A stretch of 63,438 bases of DNA, filler included, from Octopus bimaculoides (lineage: Eukaryota), in the NCBI RefSeq assembly GCF_001194135.2. It is 5 parts of 5 records of this genome, joined end to end, with 100 filler letters (N's around TTAATTAATTAA, not from the genome) between each part and the next. Parts side by side here need not be neighbours in the genome. Positions count along the whole stretch, not along the records: positions 27,282 to 43,956 come from NC_069009.1; positions 44,057 to 50,630 come from NC_068990.1; 3 more parts are not named here. One strand, given 5' to 3'. The notes under the pieces were generated by a model. It was not told the origin of the DNA. It searched no databases and worked only from the letters and a program-made list of their open reading frames with translations. Made by a program: the position numbers and the translations under genes. Within the stretch, counting starts at the first letter, position 1. Every line of letters begins with the position of its first letter. Shown here piece by piece: positions 36,578-49,149 of this stretch.

Positions 36578-38113
36578 GAGGTGCAGCAACATCAAAGGCA
36601 GGTTAACTAGCAAGTTAGTTTTTGTTTGTGGCAGATGTTCAGGTGCAATAAAGACTGCAAACAAACAGGAAACAACTTCTATCTCATTCCAGGGTGAAAA
36701 ACTAGAGGTAGTCGATAGCTTCCGCTATCTGGGCGACCAAGTTAGTAGTGGGGGTGGGTGCGCTGAAAGTGTAGCTGCTAGAATAAGAATAGCCTGGGCA
36801 AAGTTTAGAGAGCTCTTACCCCTGCTGGCGACAAAGGGACTCTCACTCAGAGTAAAAGGCAGACTGTATGATGCATGTGTACGAACGGCCATGCTACNNN
36901 NNNNNNNNNNNNNNNNNNNNNNNNNNNNNNNNNNNNNNNNNNNNNNNNNNNNNNNNNNNNNNNNNNNNNNNNNNNNNNNNNNNNNNNNNNNNNNNNNNNN
37001 NNNNNNNNNNNNNNNNNNNNNNNNNNNNNNNNNNNNNNNNNNNNNNNNNNNNNNNNNNNNNNNNNNNNNNNNNNNNNNNNNNNNNNNNNNNNNNNNNNNN
37101 NNNNNNNNNNNNNNNNNNNNNNNNNNNNNNNNNNNNNNNNNNNNNNNNNNNNNNNNNNNNNNNNNNNNNNNNNNNNNNNNNNNNNNNNNNNNNNNNNNNN
37201 NNNNNNNNNNNNNNNNNNNNNNNNNNNNNNNNNNNNNNNNNNNNNNNNNNNNNNNNNNNNNNNNNNNNNNNNNNNNNNNNNNNNNNNNNNNNNNNNNNNN
37301 NNNNNNNNNNNNNNNNNNNNNNNNNNNNNNNNNNNNNNNNNNNNNNNNNNNNNNNNNNNNNNNNNNNNNNNNNNNNNNNNNNNNNNNNNNNNNNNNNNNN
37401 NNNNNNNNNNNNNNNNNNNNNNNNNNNNNNNNNNNNNNNNNNNNNNNNNNNNNNNNNNNNNNNNNNNNNNNNNNNNNNNNNNNNNNNNNNNNNNNNNNNN
37501 NNNNNNNNNNNNNNNNNNNNNNNNNNNNNNNNNNNNNNNNNNNNNNNNNNNNNNNNNNNNNNNNNNNNNNNNNNNNNNNNNNNNNNNNNNNNNNNNNNNN
37601 NNNNNNNNNNNNNNNNNNNNNNNNNNNNNNNNNNNNNNNNNNNNNNNNNNNNNNNNNNNNNNNNNNNNNNNNNNNNNNNNNNNNNNNNNNNNNNNNNNNN
37701 NNNNNNNNNNNNNNNNNNNNNNNNNNNNNNNNNNNNNNNNNNNNNNNNNNNNNNNNNNNNNNNNNNNNNNNNNNNNNNNNNNNNNNNNNNNNNNNNNNNN
37801 NNNNNNNNNNNNNNNNNNNNNNNNNNNNNNNNNNNNNNNNNNNNNNNNNNNNNNNNNNNNNNNNNNNNNNGGGTGGCACATAAAAGACACCATTTCGAGC
37901 GTGGCCGTTTTCGTGCGGGTGACACGTAAAAGCACCCACTACACTCTCTGAGTGGTTGGCGTTAGGAAGGGCATCCAGCTGTAGAAACTCTGCCAAATCA
38001 GACTGGAGCCTGGTGTTGCCATCCGGTTTCACCAGTCCTCAGTCAAATCGTCCAACCCATGCTAGCATGGAAAGCGGACGTTAAACGATGATGATGATGA
38101 TGATGATGATGAT
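36578..38113 (+). mobile_element. 5'-truncated young RTE LINE spanning a gap
   Basis: Open frame RCSNIKGRL...CGRC...EKLEVVDSFRYLGDQVSSGGGCAESVAARIRIAWAKFRELLPLL...KGRLYDACVRTAML (36576-36897). 3' UTR at 37871-38113 ends in (GAT)n. Continuity across the gap is inferred. Confidence 0.85.
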
Positions 38114-38621
38114 ATATATGACTCTCCAGTCACAGATGTCGTATCAATGTTTAGGTTTTACCAAATGACCGGCACAAATGGTTTGTTTGTAGGGATCAAA
38201 CTCTTGTGGCACACATTACCTCACTCCCCCCATGAAATTGACATTGTCTGAACATGCAAACGGTGTGCCGCACATCAGGTGTGGAAGGGATTGTAGAGCA
38301 GTGTGAGGTGAAGTGTTTTGCTCAAGAACGCAACATACCTCCCAGTCCAGGAATTGAACATGTGATCAGTAGGTCATGAGTGCAACACAGTCTTTGTGGG
38401 TGCATGCGCTTGTGTGATGGAATTTTTTCAGTTTCCGTCTATCGAATCCACTCACAAGGCTTTAGTGGCCTGAGGCTATAGTAGAAGACAGTTCCCCAAG
38501 GTGCCACACAGTAGGACTGAACCCAGAGACAATTCAGTAGGAAAGCAAACTTTTTACCACACAGCCACGCCTGCACCTATATATATGTGTTTGTATAGAT
38601 GTGTGTATATGTATGTGTTGT

Positions 38622-39005
38622 GGAGGCACAATGGCCCAGTAGTTAGGGCATCGGACTCGCGGTCATAGGATCGCGGTTTTGATTCCCAGACCGGGCGTTG
38701 TGAGTGTTTATTGAGCGAAAACACCTAAAGCTCCACGAGGCTCCGGCAGGGGATGGTGGCCAACCCTGCTGTACTCTTTCGCCACAACTTTCTCTCACTC
38801 TTACTTCCTGTTTCTGTTGTGCCTGTAATTCAAAGGGTCAGCCTTGTCACACTGTGTCACGCTGAATATCCCCGAGAACTACGTTAAGGGTACACGTATC
38901 TGTGGAGTGCTCAGCCACTTGCACGTTAATTTCACGAGCAGGCTGTTCCGTTGATCAGATCAACTCGAACCCTCGACGTCGTAAGCGACAGAGTGCCAAC
39001 AACAA
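38622..39005 (+). mobile_element. SINE family C head with D tail
   Basis: gaggcacaatggcccagtagttaggg...ttttgattcccagaccggg head; tail ggagtgctcagccacttgcacgttaatttcacgagcagg...gtgccaacaacaac. Confidence 0.85.
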
Positions 39006-39259
39006 CATATTTATGTGTGTGTGTACATGTCCTTGTGTTTATCATCTACCATTGCTTGATAACTGGTGTTGGTTTGTGTACATCCTTCTAACTTTGCAGT
39101 TTAGCAAAAGAGATCAATAAATTGATTACTAAACCCTTCACGGCAGTGCCCCAGCATGGCCTCAGTCCAATGACTGAGACAAGTAAAATTAAGTGATGTG
39201 TGTGTATGTGTGCATGCAAATATATACATGCTTTTATATGTGTCAATGTGTGTGACTGT

Positions 39260-39473
39260 GTATTTGATGATGATGATGGTGGTGATGATAATGGTTGTGA
39301 TGGTGGTGGTGGTGGTGGTGATGTTGTTGTTGGTGGTGGTCATGTATGTTGGTGTTGCTGATGATAAGAAATAGTAGAAGTCTGAGGAAAAGGAAGAGGT
39401 CATTGCCAATGAAGATGATGAGGGTGGTGATGATGATGATGGTGAAGGGAGGGAGGAGGAAGAGGGGACGGAT

Positions 39474-39506
<33 letters not shown>

Positions 39507-40075
39507 GATATGGATGAGGAAGGGAGGAGTAGGGGGAGCACTAAAAGTTTGGCATTGATGACAATAATGTTGGTGATGATGATGATGATGATAACAGCAA
39601 TAGTGATTCTGCTGCTGATTGTGATGATGATGATGATGATGATGATGTGGAGGAAGAGGAGGGGGAGGAGGCTGGTAATATTGATGTTGGTTATGATGAT
39701 AATGGTGATGATATTGATGATGGTCACAGTGAGGCTGCTGCTGATATTGATGATGATGATGATGATGATGATGATAGGGAGGAGGAGGAAGATTATGGTG
39801 ATGATGATGATGGCGCTGCTGCTTCTGACTGAGATGATGATGAAGGGATTGAGGAGGAGGATGCTGATGATGGTGATTATGATGATATCGATGGTGATCG
39901 CAGTGATGATGATGATGATGATGATGGTAACAATGATGTTTGTGCTGCTGGTGCTGACGATGATGATGACAGAGAGGAAGATGATGAAGATGGTGATGAT
40001 GATGGTGATAGTGATGACGATCATCATTACCATCATCATCATTACCATCATCATCATCATCCTGATTATGACGAT
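39260..40075. repeat. Large (GAT/GGT/GAG/AGT)n mosaic microsatellite
   Basis: Direct inspection; this tract produces the poly-H/M/D pseudo-ORFs. Confidence 0.95.
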
Positions 40076-40123
40076 GGCAGTGTATTGGAAGGATAAGCAG
40101 TAAAGAGTAAACTAGGGAGAGAA

Positions 40124-40161
<38 letters not shown>

Positions 40162-40337
40162 GGGGAGAAAGAGAAGCAAAGAATGCAAGAGTGAAAGGCA
40201 GAGGAGCAGGTGGTTTGCATTGGAAATGTCGCTGTTCCGGTTGAAAAAATATAATTTGGCATTATTTAAATTCCTAATGTTCCTTGCTTTCCTTTGCTTT
40301 CGATCCAATTATTATTATCATTATTAATATCATATAA

Positions 40338-40372
<35 letters not shown>

Positions 40373-40387
40373 CATTATTATTATTAA

Positions 40388-40580
40388 GGCAGGGAGCTGG
40401 CAGAATCATTAGCATGCCAAGCAAATTGCTTAGTAACATTTCATCTGTCTTTACATTCCAAGTTCAAATCCTGGCGAGGTCGACATTGCTTTCATCCCTT
40501 TGGGGTCAGTGAAATATGTCCTAGTTTAGTACTTGGGTCAATACCACACACCCCAGTATTCCAGATCTTTTGCCTAGAGT
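40388..40580 (+). mobile_element. SINE family B embedded in (TTA)n; duplicated at ~41168-41360
   Basis: ggcagggagctggcagaatcattagc...gaggtcgacattgctttcatccctttggggtc. Confidence 0.75.
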
Positions 40581-40586
40581 AGAAAG

Positions 40587-40623
<37 letters not shown>

Positions 40624-40700
40624 TTATGTTTGACTTTTGTTTTGCATTTGTACAAGTTGGATCCAAGTCTCACCCAGAGACCTCAAGAGACAAAAAGTTA

Positions 40701-40756
<56 letters not shown>

Positions 40757-41120
40757 CATTATTATTCAGTAGTGNNNNNNNNNNNNNNNNNNNNNNNNNN
40801 NNNNNNNNNNNNNNNNNNNNNNNNNNNNNNNNNNNNNNNNNNNNNNNNNNNNNNNNNNNNNNNNNNNNNNNNNNNNNNNNNNNNNNNNNNNNNNNNNNNN
40901 NNNNNNNNNNNNNNNNNNNNNNNNNNNNNNNNNNNNNNNNNNNNNNNNNNNNNNNNNNNNNNNNNNNNNNNNNNNNNNNNNNNNNNNNNNNNNNNNNNNN
41001 NNNNNNNNNNNNNNNNNNNNNNNNNNNNNNNNNNNNNNNNNNNNNNNNNNNNNNNNNNNNNNNNNNNNNNNNNNNNNNNNNNNNNNNNNNNNNNNNNNNN
41101 NNNNNNNNNNNNNNNTATAA

Positions 41121-41155
<35 letters not shown>

Positions 41156-41369
41156 CATTATTATTATTAAGGCAGGGAGCTGGCAGAATCATTAGCATGC
41201 CAAGCAAATTGCTTAGTAACATTTCATCTGTCTTTACATTCCAAGTTCAAATCCTGGCGAGGTCGACATTGCTTTCATCCCTTTGGGGTCAGTGAAATAT
41301 GTCCTAGTTTAGTACTTGGGTCAATACCACACACCCCAGTATTCCAGATCTTTTGCCTAGAGTAGAAAG

Positions 41370-41406
<37 letters not shown>

Positions 41407-41483
41407 TTATGTTTGACTTTTGTTTTGCATTTGTACAAGTTGGATCCAAGTCTCACCCAGAGACCTCAAGAGACAAAAAGTTA

Positions 41484-41539
<56 letters not shown>

Positions 41540-41554
41540 CATTATTATTCAGTA

Positions 41555-41995
41555 GTGGTAAAAAGTTTGTTTCCAATCACATGATTCTGAGTTCAGTTCC
41601 AGTGTGTAGCTCCTTGGGCAAATATCTTCTATTACAGCTTTGGGCTGACCAGAGCTTTGTGAGTGGATTTGGATTTGGATTTGTGCAAGCATGGCTGTGT
41701 GGTAAGAAGCTTGCCTCTGAACCACATGATTCCAGGTTTAGTCCCACTGCATGGCATCTGGGACAAGTGTCTTCTATGATATCCTTGGGCTGACCAAGGC
41801 TTTGTAAGTGGATTTGGTTGATGGAAACTGAAAGAAGTATAGCGTGTGTGTGTCTGTGTTTGTCCCCACCACCACTTGATAACTGGTGTCTGTGTTTATG
41901 ACCCTATAACTTAGCAGTTCAGCAAAAGACACTGATAGAATAAGTACCAGTCTTCAGAAAAAATAAGTACTGGGGTCGATTCATTTGACTTAGAA
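41555..41995 (+). mobile_element. SINE family A with partially duplicated head
   Basis: Two successive heads (41555-41675, 41688-41840) followed by one tail. Confidence 0.7.
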
Positions 41996-42352
41996 TTCTA
42001 CATTAGGTAAAGTGGTTTGCAGTAGGACTGAACCCAAAGCCATGATGTTGAAAAGTAAGCTGCTTAACCACACAGCCATGTCTATATCTATCTTTTATCA
42101 TTTCCTTGTTTCAGTTGAAGAATTTTTAGTCAAATGAATTGACCCCAGTAATTATTTTATTGTAACCTGGTACATTTCCTCAAAACATTCACATTAACTG
42201 GTAATAACTGGTAACATGACAACCCCTCTCATGCTGGTGCTACAATGCTACAATGGACCCAGGAGACTCTTCTTGCAAAGTGGTTGGCATTAGGAATGGC
42301 TTCTGGCTGTAGAAACCTACACCAAATAACAGAATGTAGAAACAGCTCATGG

Positions 42353-42867
42353 TTTGGAGTAAAGACTGTTTGCCAACATAACATGGCAGTCCTGGTTTAG
42401 GACGGATGTTGCTGTAATTTAGCCCCAGGAGACATTGTCTCCAGCTGGCTATATGACACGATCTGTGTCCTTATATTTTCAAACAAGGGAATCTAGCACC
42501 CCCACTCAGCTCAAAACAATATCTGTGTATCATGATTTCTGAGTTATTTCCCTTCATCAGCACAGAATAACTGCTTGGCTAGAGGTGGTGCTGCTAAATT
42601 CCCATGCTGATAAAGAGAAATAATCCAGAAATCATGATACACAGATATTGTTTTGAACTGAGTGGGGGTGCTAGATTCCCTTGTTTGAAAATATAAGGAC
42701 ACAGATCATGTCGTATAGCCAGCTGGANNNNNNNNNNTTGTTTGAAAATATAAGGACACAGATCATGTCGTATAGCCAGCTGGAGACGATGTCTCCTGGG
42801 ACTAAATTACAGTAACATTCGTCCTAAACCAGGACTGCCGTGTTATGTTGGCAATCTTTACTCCAAA
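42353..42867. mobile_element. Foldback element: ~210-bp inverted arms, each with a hammerhead-like motif at its inner end
   Basis: tttggagtaaaga...gcagtcctggtttaggacg... is mirrored by ...cgtcctaaaccaggactgcc...tctttactccaaa. Loop ~42567-42600. Confidence 0.9.
42522..42566 (-). ncRNA. Putative minimal type-I hammerhead ribozyme
   Basis: UCUGUG-CUGAUGA-A-GGG(AAAUAA)CUC-A-GAAA-U(CAUG)A-UA-CACAGA: 6-bp stem I, intact core, palindromic stem III (AUCAUGAU), AUA triplet. Confidence 0.65.
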
Positions 42868-43079
42868 GTACTATTGCTGAATATCTCTCATTGTGAGATT
42901 TAAAAATAGTAATTTTCTAATCTCATGGTTTGTCCCCAACACATCTCAGTGCAAAGGGTTGTGTGAAGTTAGTAACTGCCTGCAAAAAGGAAGAGCTGAG
43001 TCAATCCCGGATGAATAATCCAGCTCATGCTAGCACCAAAGAATCGGATGTTTAAAATTATGATACTGACTCAGGTGTT

Positions 43080-43744
43080 AATAATAACAATGACGATGAT
43101 GATGATGATGATGATGATGAGGTGGAGGGGAGGAGGTGACAGATAACAAGTGATGGGGATGAAGATTATGATGATGATAGTGATGATAGCAATGCTTATG
43201 GTGTTATTGATGATGATGATGATGATGGTGACATTGATGATGAAGATAATGATGCTGATGATGATGGTAGTGGTGGGAGTGGTGATGATGATGATTAAGA
43301 TGATGATGGCAATCACAATTATGATGGCCATATTGAGGATGATGATGACGATGATGCTGATAATAATGATGGCATCGATGATGAGGATGATGATGATGAT
43401 ATAGCATTGATGGTGAAGGTGATGATGATGTCGACAACCTTGATGATGACAACAGTGGTAATGATGAAGATGACGACAACAACAACAACAGTGATGGTGG
43501 TGGTGATAATGTCATCGATGATGGCGATGATGACAGCAATGACGATGCTGATGTTGATGGTAATGTTGCCGATGACGATAATGCAGCATTTGACTGACGG
43601 TGAGTATGATAATGATGACGTTGACAATGACAACAACAGCGATGACGGTGATAAAGATGAAAATGGTGGTGGCTACTCCAACTCCGACGACGACGACGAC
43701 GACGACGATGATGATGATGATGATGATAACGACGACGAGGACGG

Positions 43745-43782
<38 letters not shown>

Positions 43783-43790
43783 GCAAAGAT
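43080..43790. repeat. Large (GAT/GAC/AAC)n mosaic microsatellite
   Basis: Direct inspection. Confidence 0.95.
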
Positions 43791-44056
43791 AATGTTGAAG
43801 GTCATCCGAACATCTCCAAGGTTAAGCACTGTTCTATGGCAATGCCTTAACAATACCTCTTTAATTCTTCCATTCTTTTACCGTTTCCTTTGCTGTTTGT
43901 CTTTTCAAGAAGAAAGTCAATGATTTTCTCAAAATTCTTGGTTTTATTGATTTAGTNNNNNNNNNNNNNNNNNNNNNNNNNNNNNNNNNNNNNNNNNNNN
44001 TTAATTAATTAANNNNNNNNNNNNNNNNNNNNNNNNNNNNNNNNNNNNNNNNNNNN

Positions 44057-44116
<60 letters not shown>

Positions 44117-44425
44117 TATATATATATATATATATCCGATTGGCTTCTTTCAGTTTCCGCCGACCAAATCCACTCACAGGGCATTGGTTGGCCCCAGGCT
44201 ATAGTAGAAGACACTTGCCCAAGGTGCTATGCAGTGGGACTGAACCTGGAACCATGTGGCTGGTAAGCAAGCTACTTACCATACAGCTACTCCTACACCT
44301 ATAAATGATAAGCATGTAAATATTGGTTTAAAAATCTCTTTGGGTAGAAAACAAAATATTTCACATTCTCCCCAAAGTTTTAAAGTCTTATATCTAGATG
44401 TGTGTATATGTACACACACAGTAAT

Positions 44426-44460
<35 letters not shown>

Positions 44461-45244
44461 TGTGCATGTACGTGTGTATGAATATGTATGTATACACACA
44501 CACACACATATAATTATGTGTGTATATGTGTGCCTCTATAATTATAATTTTGCATTTGGCAAGGATATTTATGAACTACATTTATAAACCTAGCTTGTAT
44601 ATATAACACATATTAAGCTTTGTATTATGCACCTAGTTTTATATATACATTCACATGTGTGTATGCGTGCATACATGTGTGTGCATATTCCTCTATAATT
44701 ATGAGCATTGTCTATACATTTGTGCATGTATATGTGTGTGTGCATATGCATGCTAACGCTTAATATTTTTCAGCGCTGAAGAACATTAAAATCCTCTGAA
44801 AAAAAAGAAAAAACCAAAGTAAAAAAGCAAAGGAAGATAAAAGTGTTCATGCTTTAAACTTTTAATCCCTATGATTCAATCTACTAATTACTGTGGTCTA
44901 CTTATTGCCATGTTCTATTTAGCTAATCCATATATTTTATTAATTTCATACATATATGTTTTTTCCTCCTTTTTTTGCTTAATATTTAATTGAATTCTGT
45001 TGTTATTTATTGTCTCTAATTGCTCATAAGATATTTCCACATCTAATTAGAGCAATCGAAGACCAGCCACTTCACACTCTTTGCTTTCCTGGGTTTTAAA
45101 CCTGTAAGAAATGTCTAAACAGCTGTTAAGTATTGTATAAGCAGAGTCATCAGTGGAAATGACAAGGCAAGAAAAAGAGACAAGCAATGAAAGGAGAAGA
45201 CGAAAATAATAATAATAATAATGATAATAATAATAATAATGATG

Positions 45245-45308
<64 letters not shown>

Positions 45309-45490
45309 TAATGATAGTAGTAGTAGTAGTGATAATAAAATTAATAATGAATAATTGAATGAATTAAACGAATATTCCTGTAAACTTGACAAGTTGTCTG
45401 TTTCTTTGAAGACTAATGAACATTGACAAATGAATGAAGAATAGCTGGAGATGGTGATATCTATGCATATATGGGGAAATAAAGCAGTGA

Positions 45491-45556
<66 letters not shown>

Positions 45557-46599
45557 GACAGAGACAAATAGAGACAGAGAGAGGCAAATATACTGTGCAC
45601 AGCTCTGATAAATAAATATCTTCAGATTTCTATTGTTATTTTTATCTTCATTACCAAACAAATAGTTAACTACAAGAAACAGAAAAGAGACAATTTAGGC
45701 ATATAATCTTTGCTAGCTTGTAAAAAGAATATAAAAAAACAACCCAGCTTTGTTTTATAATATTTTGTTTTTGAAGTAAAATGATTAAGATATAATATTT
45801 TTCTGTTGTCTTTTGTATATATATATATTTTTTTGTTTTACTTCTCTACTGTTTTTTATATTTATATTTTAATTTTTATTATTATGTGATTTTGGTTGCC
45901 AAAAACATATTTAATATCTGAATAACTTGATAGATTGTTTTTAGTTAACTGGTCCAGAAAAAGTCTTTCGAAATGTAAAGAAACAAAAACAAAAAAAAAA
46001 ACAAAACAATAAAAAACAAATAATAATAGCATAAAAATAGAAATAGATAAATGAACACACACACACGCATATATATACATATATACACCTAATGAATGAA
46101 ACCCCATGATAACTGATATTATTTATTTTATTTATTTGTTAGAAAGCTTTCTCATTTGGCAAGTATGTGGGTAAATGTCGTTAGGCCTCCTAGCTTTGAA
46201 TTTCTTTCTTGTTTTTTCGTTGCTTTTCTTCAATTTTGTTTTATGGCATTTCAAGTTATTTTAAAACAAAGGTCAAACCAGCATTAATGCCATCAAGACC
46301 GGCAGCCTGTGCATTTAGTTTTGTAGTAACTATTTTGTAAAGTCTTGCATTCTACTTTATAACCTTTTAGCTGAGTACATTTTTAGACAGAGCAATAAAA
46401 CAAAATAAATAATAAATAAATAGACAAAAGCAAATGATAGAATAATAACAAAGTCTTTTGACTAAAATGGGTCTTATCATTCTTTTTTTTTTATTCATAT
46501 GACTAAAACCAAAACTTAGCACCTGTAATTTAACTAGCTCTGATATCACAGTGTGCAATACAAAAGTTTGCGGTATATTTGGAAACTTGAAACAGATAT

Positions 46600-46633
<34 letters not shown>

Positions 46634-46654
46634 TCAACAACGATGATGATAATG

Positions 46655-46685
<31 letters not shown>

Positions 46686-46694
46686 CATATATAT

Positions 46695-47105
46695 ATTCTT
46701 TTATTCTTTTATTTGTTTCAGTCATTTGACTGCAGCCATGCTGGAGTATCACCTTTAGTTGAGCAAATAAACAGCAAGACTTATTCTTTGTAAGCCTAGT
46801 ACTTTTCTATCAGTCTTTTTTGCCGAACTGCTAAGTTACGGATGTAAACAGACCAGTATTGGTTGTCAAGCAATATTGGGAGGGGACAAACACAGACACA
46901 CAAATATATATACACACACATATATACATACATATATATGTATGACGGGCTTCATTCAGTTTCTGGCTACCAACTCTACCCACAAGGCTTTGGCCAGCCT
47001 AAGGCTATAGTAGAAGATACTTACCTAAGGTGCCATGCAGTAGGACTGAACCTGGAACCATGTGGTTGGTAAGCAAGTTACTTACCACACAGCCACCCCG
47101 GCACC
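46695..47105 (-). mobile_element. SINE family A, full length
   Basis: Tail and head motifs on the minus strand. Confidence 0.85.
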
Positions 47106-47147
47106 TATACACACACACACACAGATACACACACACATATATTGTGA

Positions 47148-47440
47148 AGACACATGGCTTAGTGGTTAGAGTGTTGTACTCACAATTGCAAGACTGTGGT
47201 TTCAATCCCCAAACCAGGTGTTGCGATGTGTTCTTGAGCAAAGCACTTCATTTCATGTTGCTCTACGATCATTTTGTTATCTGACATGTGGCACCCATTG
47301 CACGTGTACAGGTAATGTCGATCTGATGGAGGGAATGAGCTTATGTCTACACAAATATTTAATCACTATAAACAAATCATCTGTATGGTTGTTCGGCAAG
47401 AAATTGTCGAACCCTCGTACACTGTCTAATGACGGAAGAG
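47148..47440 (+). mobile_element. SINE family E variant
   Basis: cacatggcttagtggttagag...gtgttcttgagcaaagcactt...ccctcgtacactgtctaatgacggaagagtcc. Confidence 0.7.
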
Positions 47441-47450
47441 TCCATTGCAT

Positions 47451-47536
<86 letters not shown>

Positions 47537-48310
47537 TTTATTAAAAAGCAGCAAAAGTATCACTGTTACTCAGAGNNNNNNNNNNNNNNNNNNNNNNNNN
47601 NNNNNNNNNNNNNNNNNNNNNNNNNNNNNNNNNNNNNNNNNNNNNNNNNNNNNNNNNNNNNNNNNNNNNNNNNNNNNNNNNNNNNNNNNNNNNNNNNNNN
47701 NNNNNNNNNNNNNNNNNNNNNNNNNNNNNNNNNNNNNNNNNNNNNNNNNNNNNNNNNNNNNNNNNNNNNNNNNNNNNNNNNNNNNNNNNNNNNNNNNNNN
47801 NNNNNNNNNNNNNNNNNNNNNNNNNNNNNNNNNNNTATATATATATATATATATATATATGCATTTGTATATATATTTATGTCTCGCCTATATATGTCTA
47901 TATAGGTATATAACTATGTACATGTGTCTGTACGTTTTAGTGTATACATGTATATTATAGATGGTCTTGCATGTATATATGCTACTAAATGTATATGTAA
48001 TCCAACGTGAAAATTTTTAATTTTTAATTTTTAAACGGATATAATTTTTAATGTATTAATTGATTTATATTTTACAAATAATTATTTACCCATTTACCTT
48101 ATGTATTTAAACTCTGTCCTTTTATAAGCTCTTTTTGATTTTAGGTTTTCTTTGATTTTATAATGAGATGATTTTATACTGAAATTTGTTCATTCTATGC
48201 TAAAGACCGTTAGTTGAATGGACTAATGAAACAAAACCATTTTCAAATGTGTATCCATTAAACTAATTGTATATGTTTGATTATAACCATATTTTTGTTC
48301 CATTCTAAAC

Positions 48311-48356
48311 AAAACTGTCCGACGAACGTGAACATGAAACTCTCAGTAACAGTTTT
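48311..48356 (+). ncRNA. Putative type-I hammerhead ribozyme with C4 core variant
   Basis: AAAACUGU-CCGACGA-ACG(UGAA)CAU-GAAA-C(UCUCA)G-UA-ACAGUUUU: perfect 8-bp stem I, GUA triplet, one stem II mismatch. Confidence 0.55.
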
Positions 48357-48490
48357 TGTGATATATATTTTTGCTGCTTTTCAATAAAGCTTTTTACTCT
48401 ACCTCTGGTATTCGAGTACTATTTTTTCCACCTTGTTTCACATTTACGTGCTTACTCCAGCATATACATATCTCTCTCTCTATATATATA

Positions 48491-48521
<31 letters not shown>

Positions 48522-48565
48522 GAGACACACTTTTGAATGTTGGGTGGTCCTTGCAGACTCTATAC

Positions 48566-48810
48566 ACAGATATTTTAAAGGGAGCTGACGTCCTGGGCAT
48601 TAAGGTGATGATGCACAAGACCCAATTATGCTGGACTGGACATATTGTTCAGATGAATGGTTAGTGGATCCCTAAACAGATGCTATATGGTGAACTTGCT
48701 CATAGAAAGCATTCTCAGCAGAACCAAAGACCACAATTCAAGGATTGTATAAAGTCTTTGTTTAAGGTATGTGAGATATGGAAGGTCAATTGAGAAACAA
48801 TGTTTGCATT
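48566..48810 (+). pseudogene. Decayed RTE-BovB-like ORF C-terminus
   Basis: TQLCWTGHIVQMNG*WIPKQMLYGELA...QFKDCIK resembles the BovB-type 'QLRWAGHV.RM....IPKQLLYGEL...YKD.LK'. Confidence 0.75.
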
Positions 48811-49065
48811 ACAACCAACTGAGGAAACAAGTGGAAGAAAGAGTGGGGAATGTTTGAAGAAATATGCATTTTGCAAGTGAGTTGCTTGAAAATGCACCTG
48901 TGTGGTGAATGGGGAAGTTTCATCTACAGTATCAGTGAATGTCCATATTTATCAAGAGCTGAGCTCGTTAGTCACCAATGGGGCTGTAAGTGTAAAGTGT
49001 AATTTTGTCTGAGTGCACAGTTTTCTTACTGGTCAGTGAGGGATTTCCTTGGTCATGGATGGATA

Positions 49066-49138
<73 letters not shown>

Positions 49139-49149
49139 AATATATAACA

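Noticed and set aside
33637-38032. 200-435-aa ORFs in the ORF track that span N-runs
   Set aside because: Their length comes from X residues. Only the RTE portion at 36576-36897 is meaningful.
40318-41553. ~440-bp direct duplication flanking a gap (similarly 2336-2453/2581-2700 and ~42679-42726/42738-42785)
   Set aside because: Essentially identical sequence on both sides of an N-gap is the usual signature of unmerged contig or haplotype overlaps.
39243-43923. Long poly-His/Met/Asp/Ile ORFs (also 32234-32715, 51518-52170, 61942-63005)
   Set aside because: These are translations of trinucleotide or dinucleotide microsatellites that are stop-free in several frames, with no splice or homology support.
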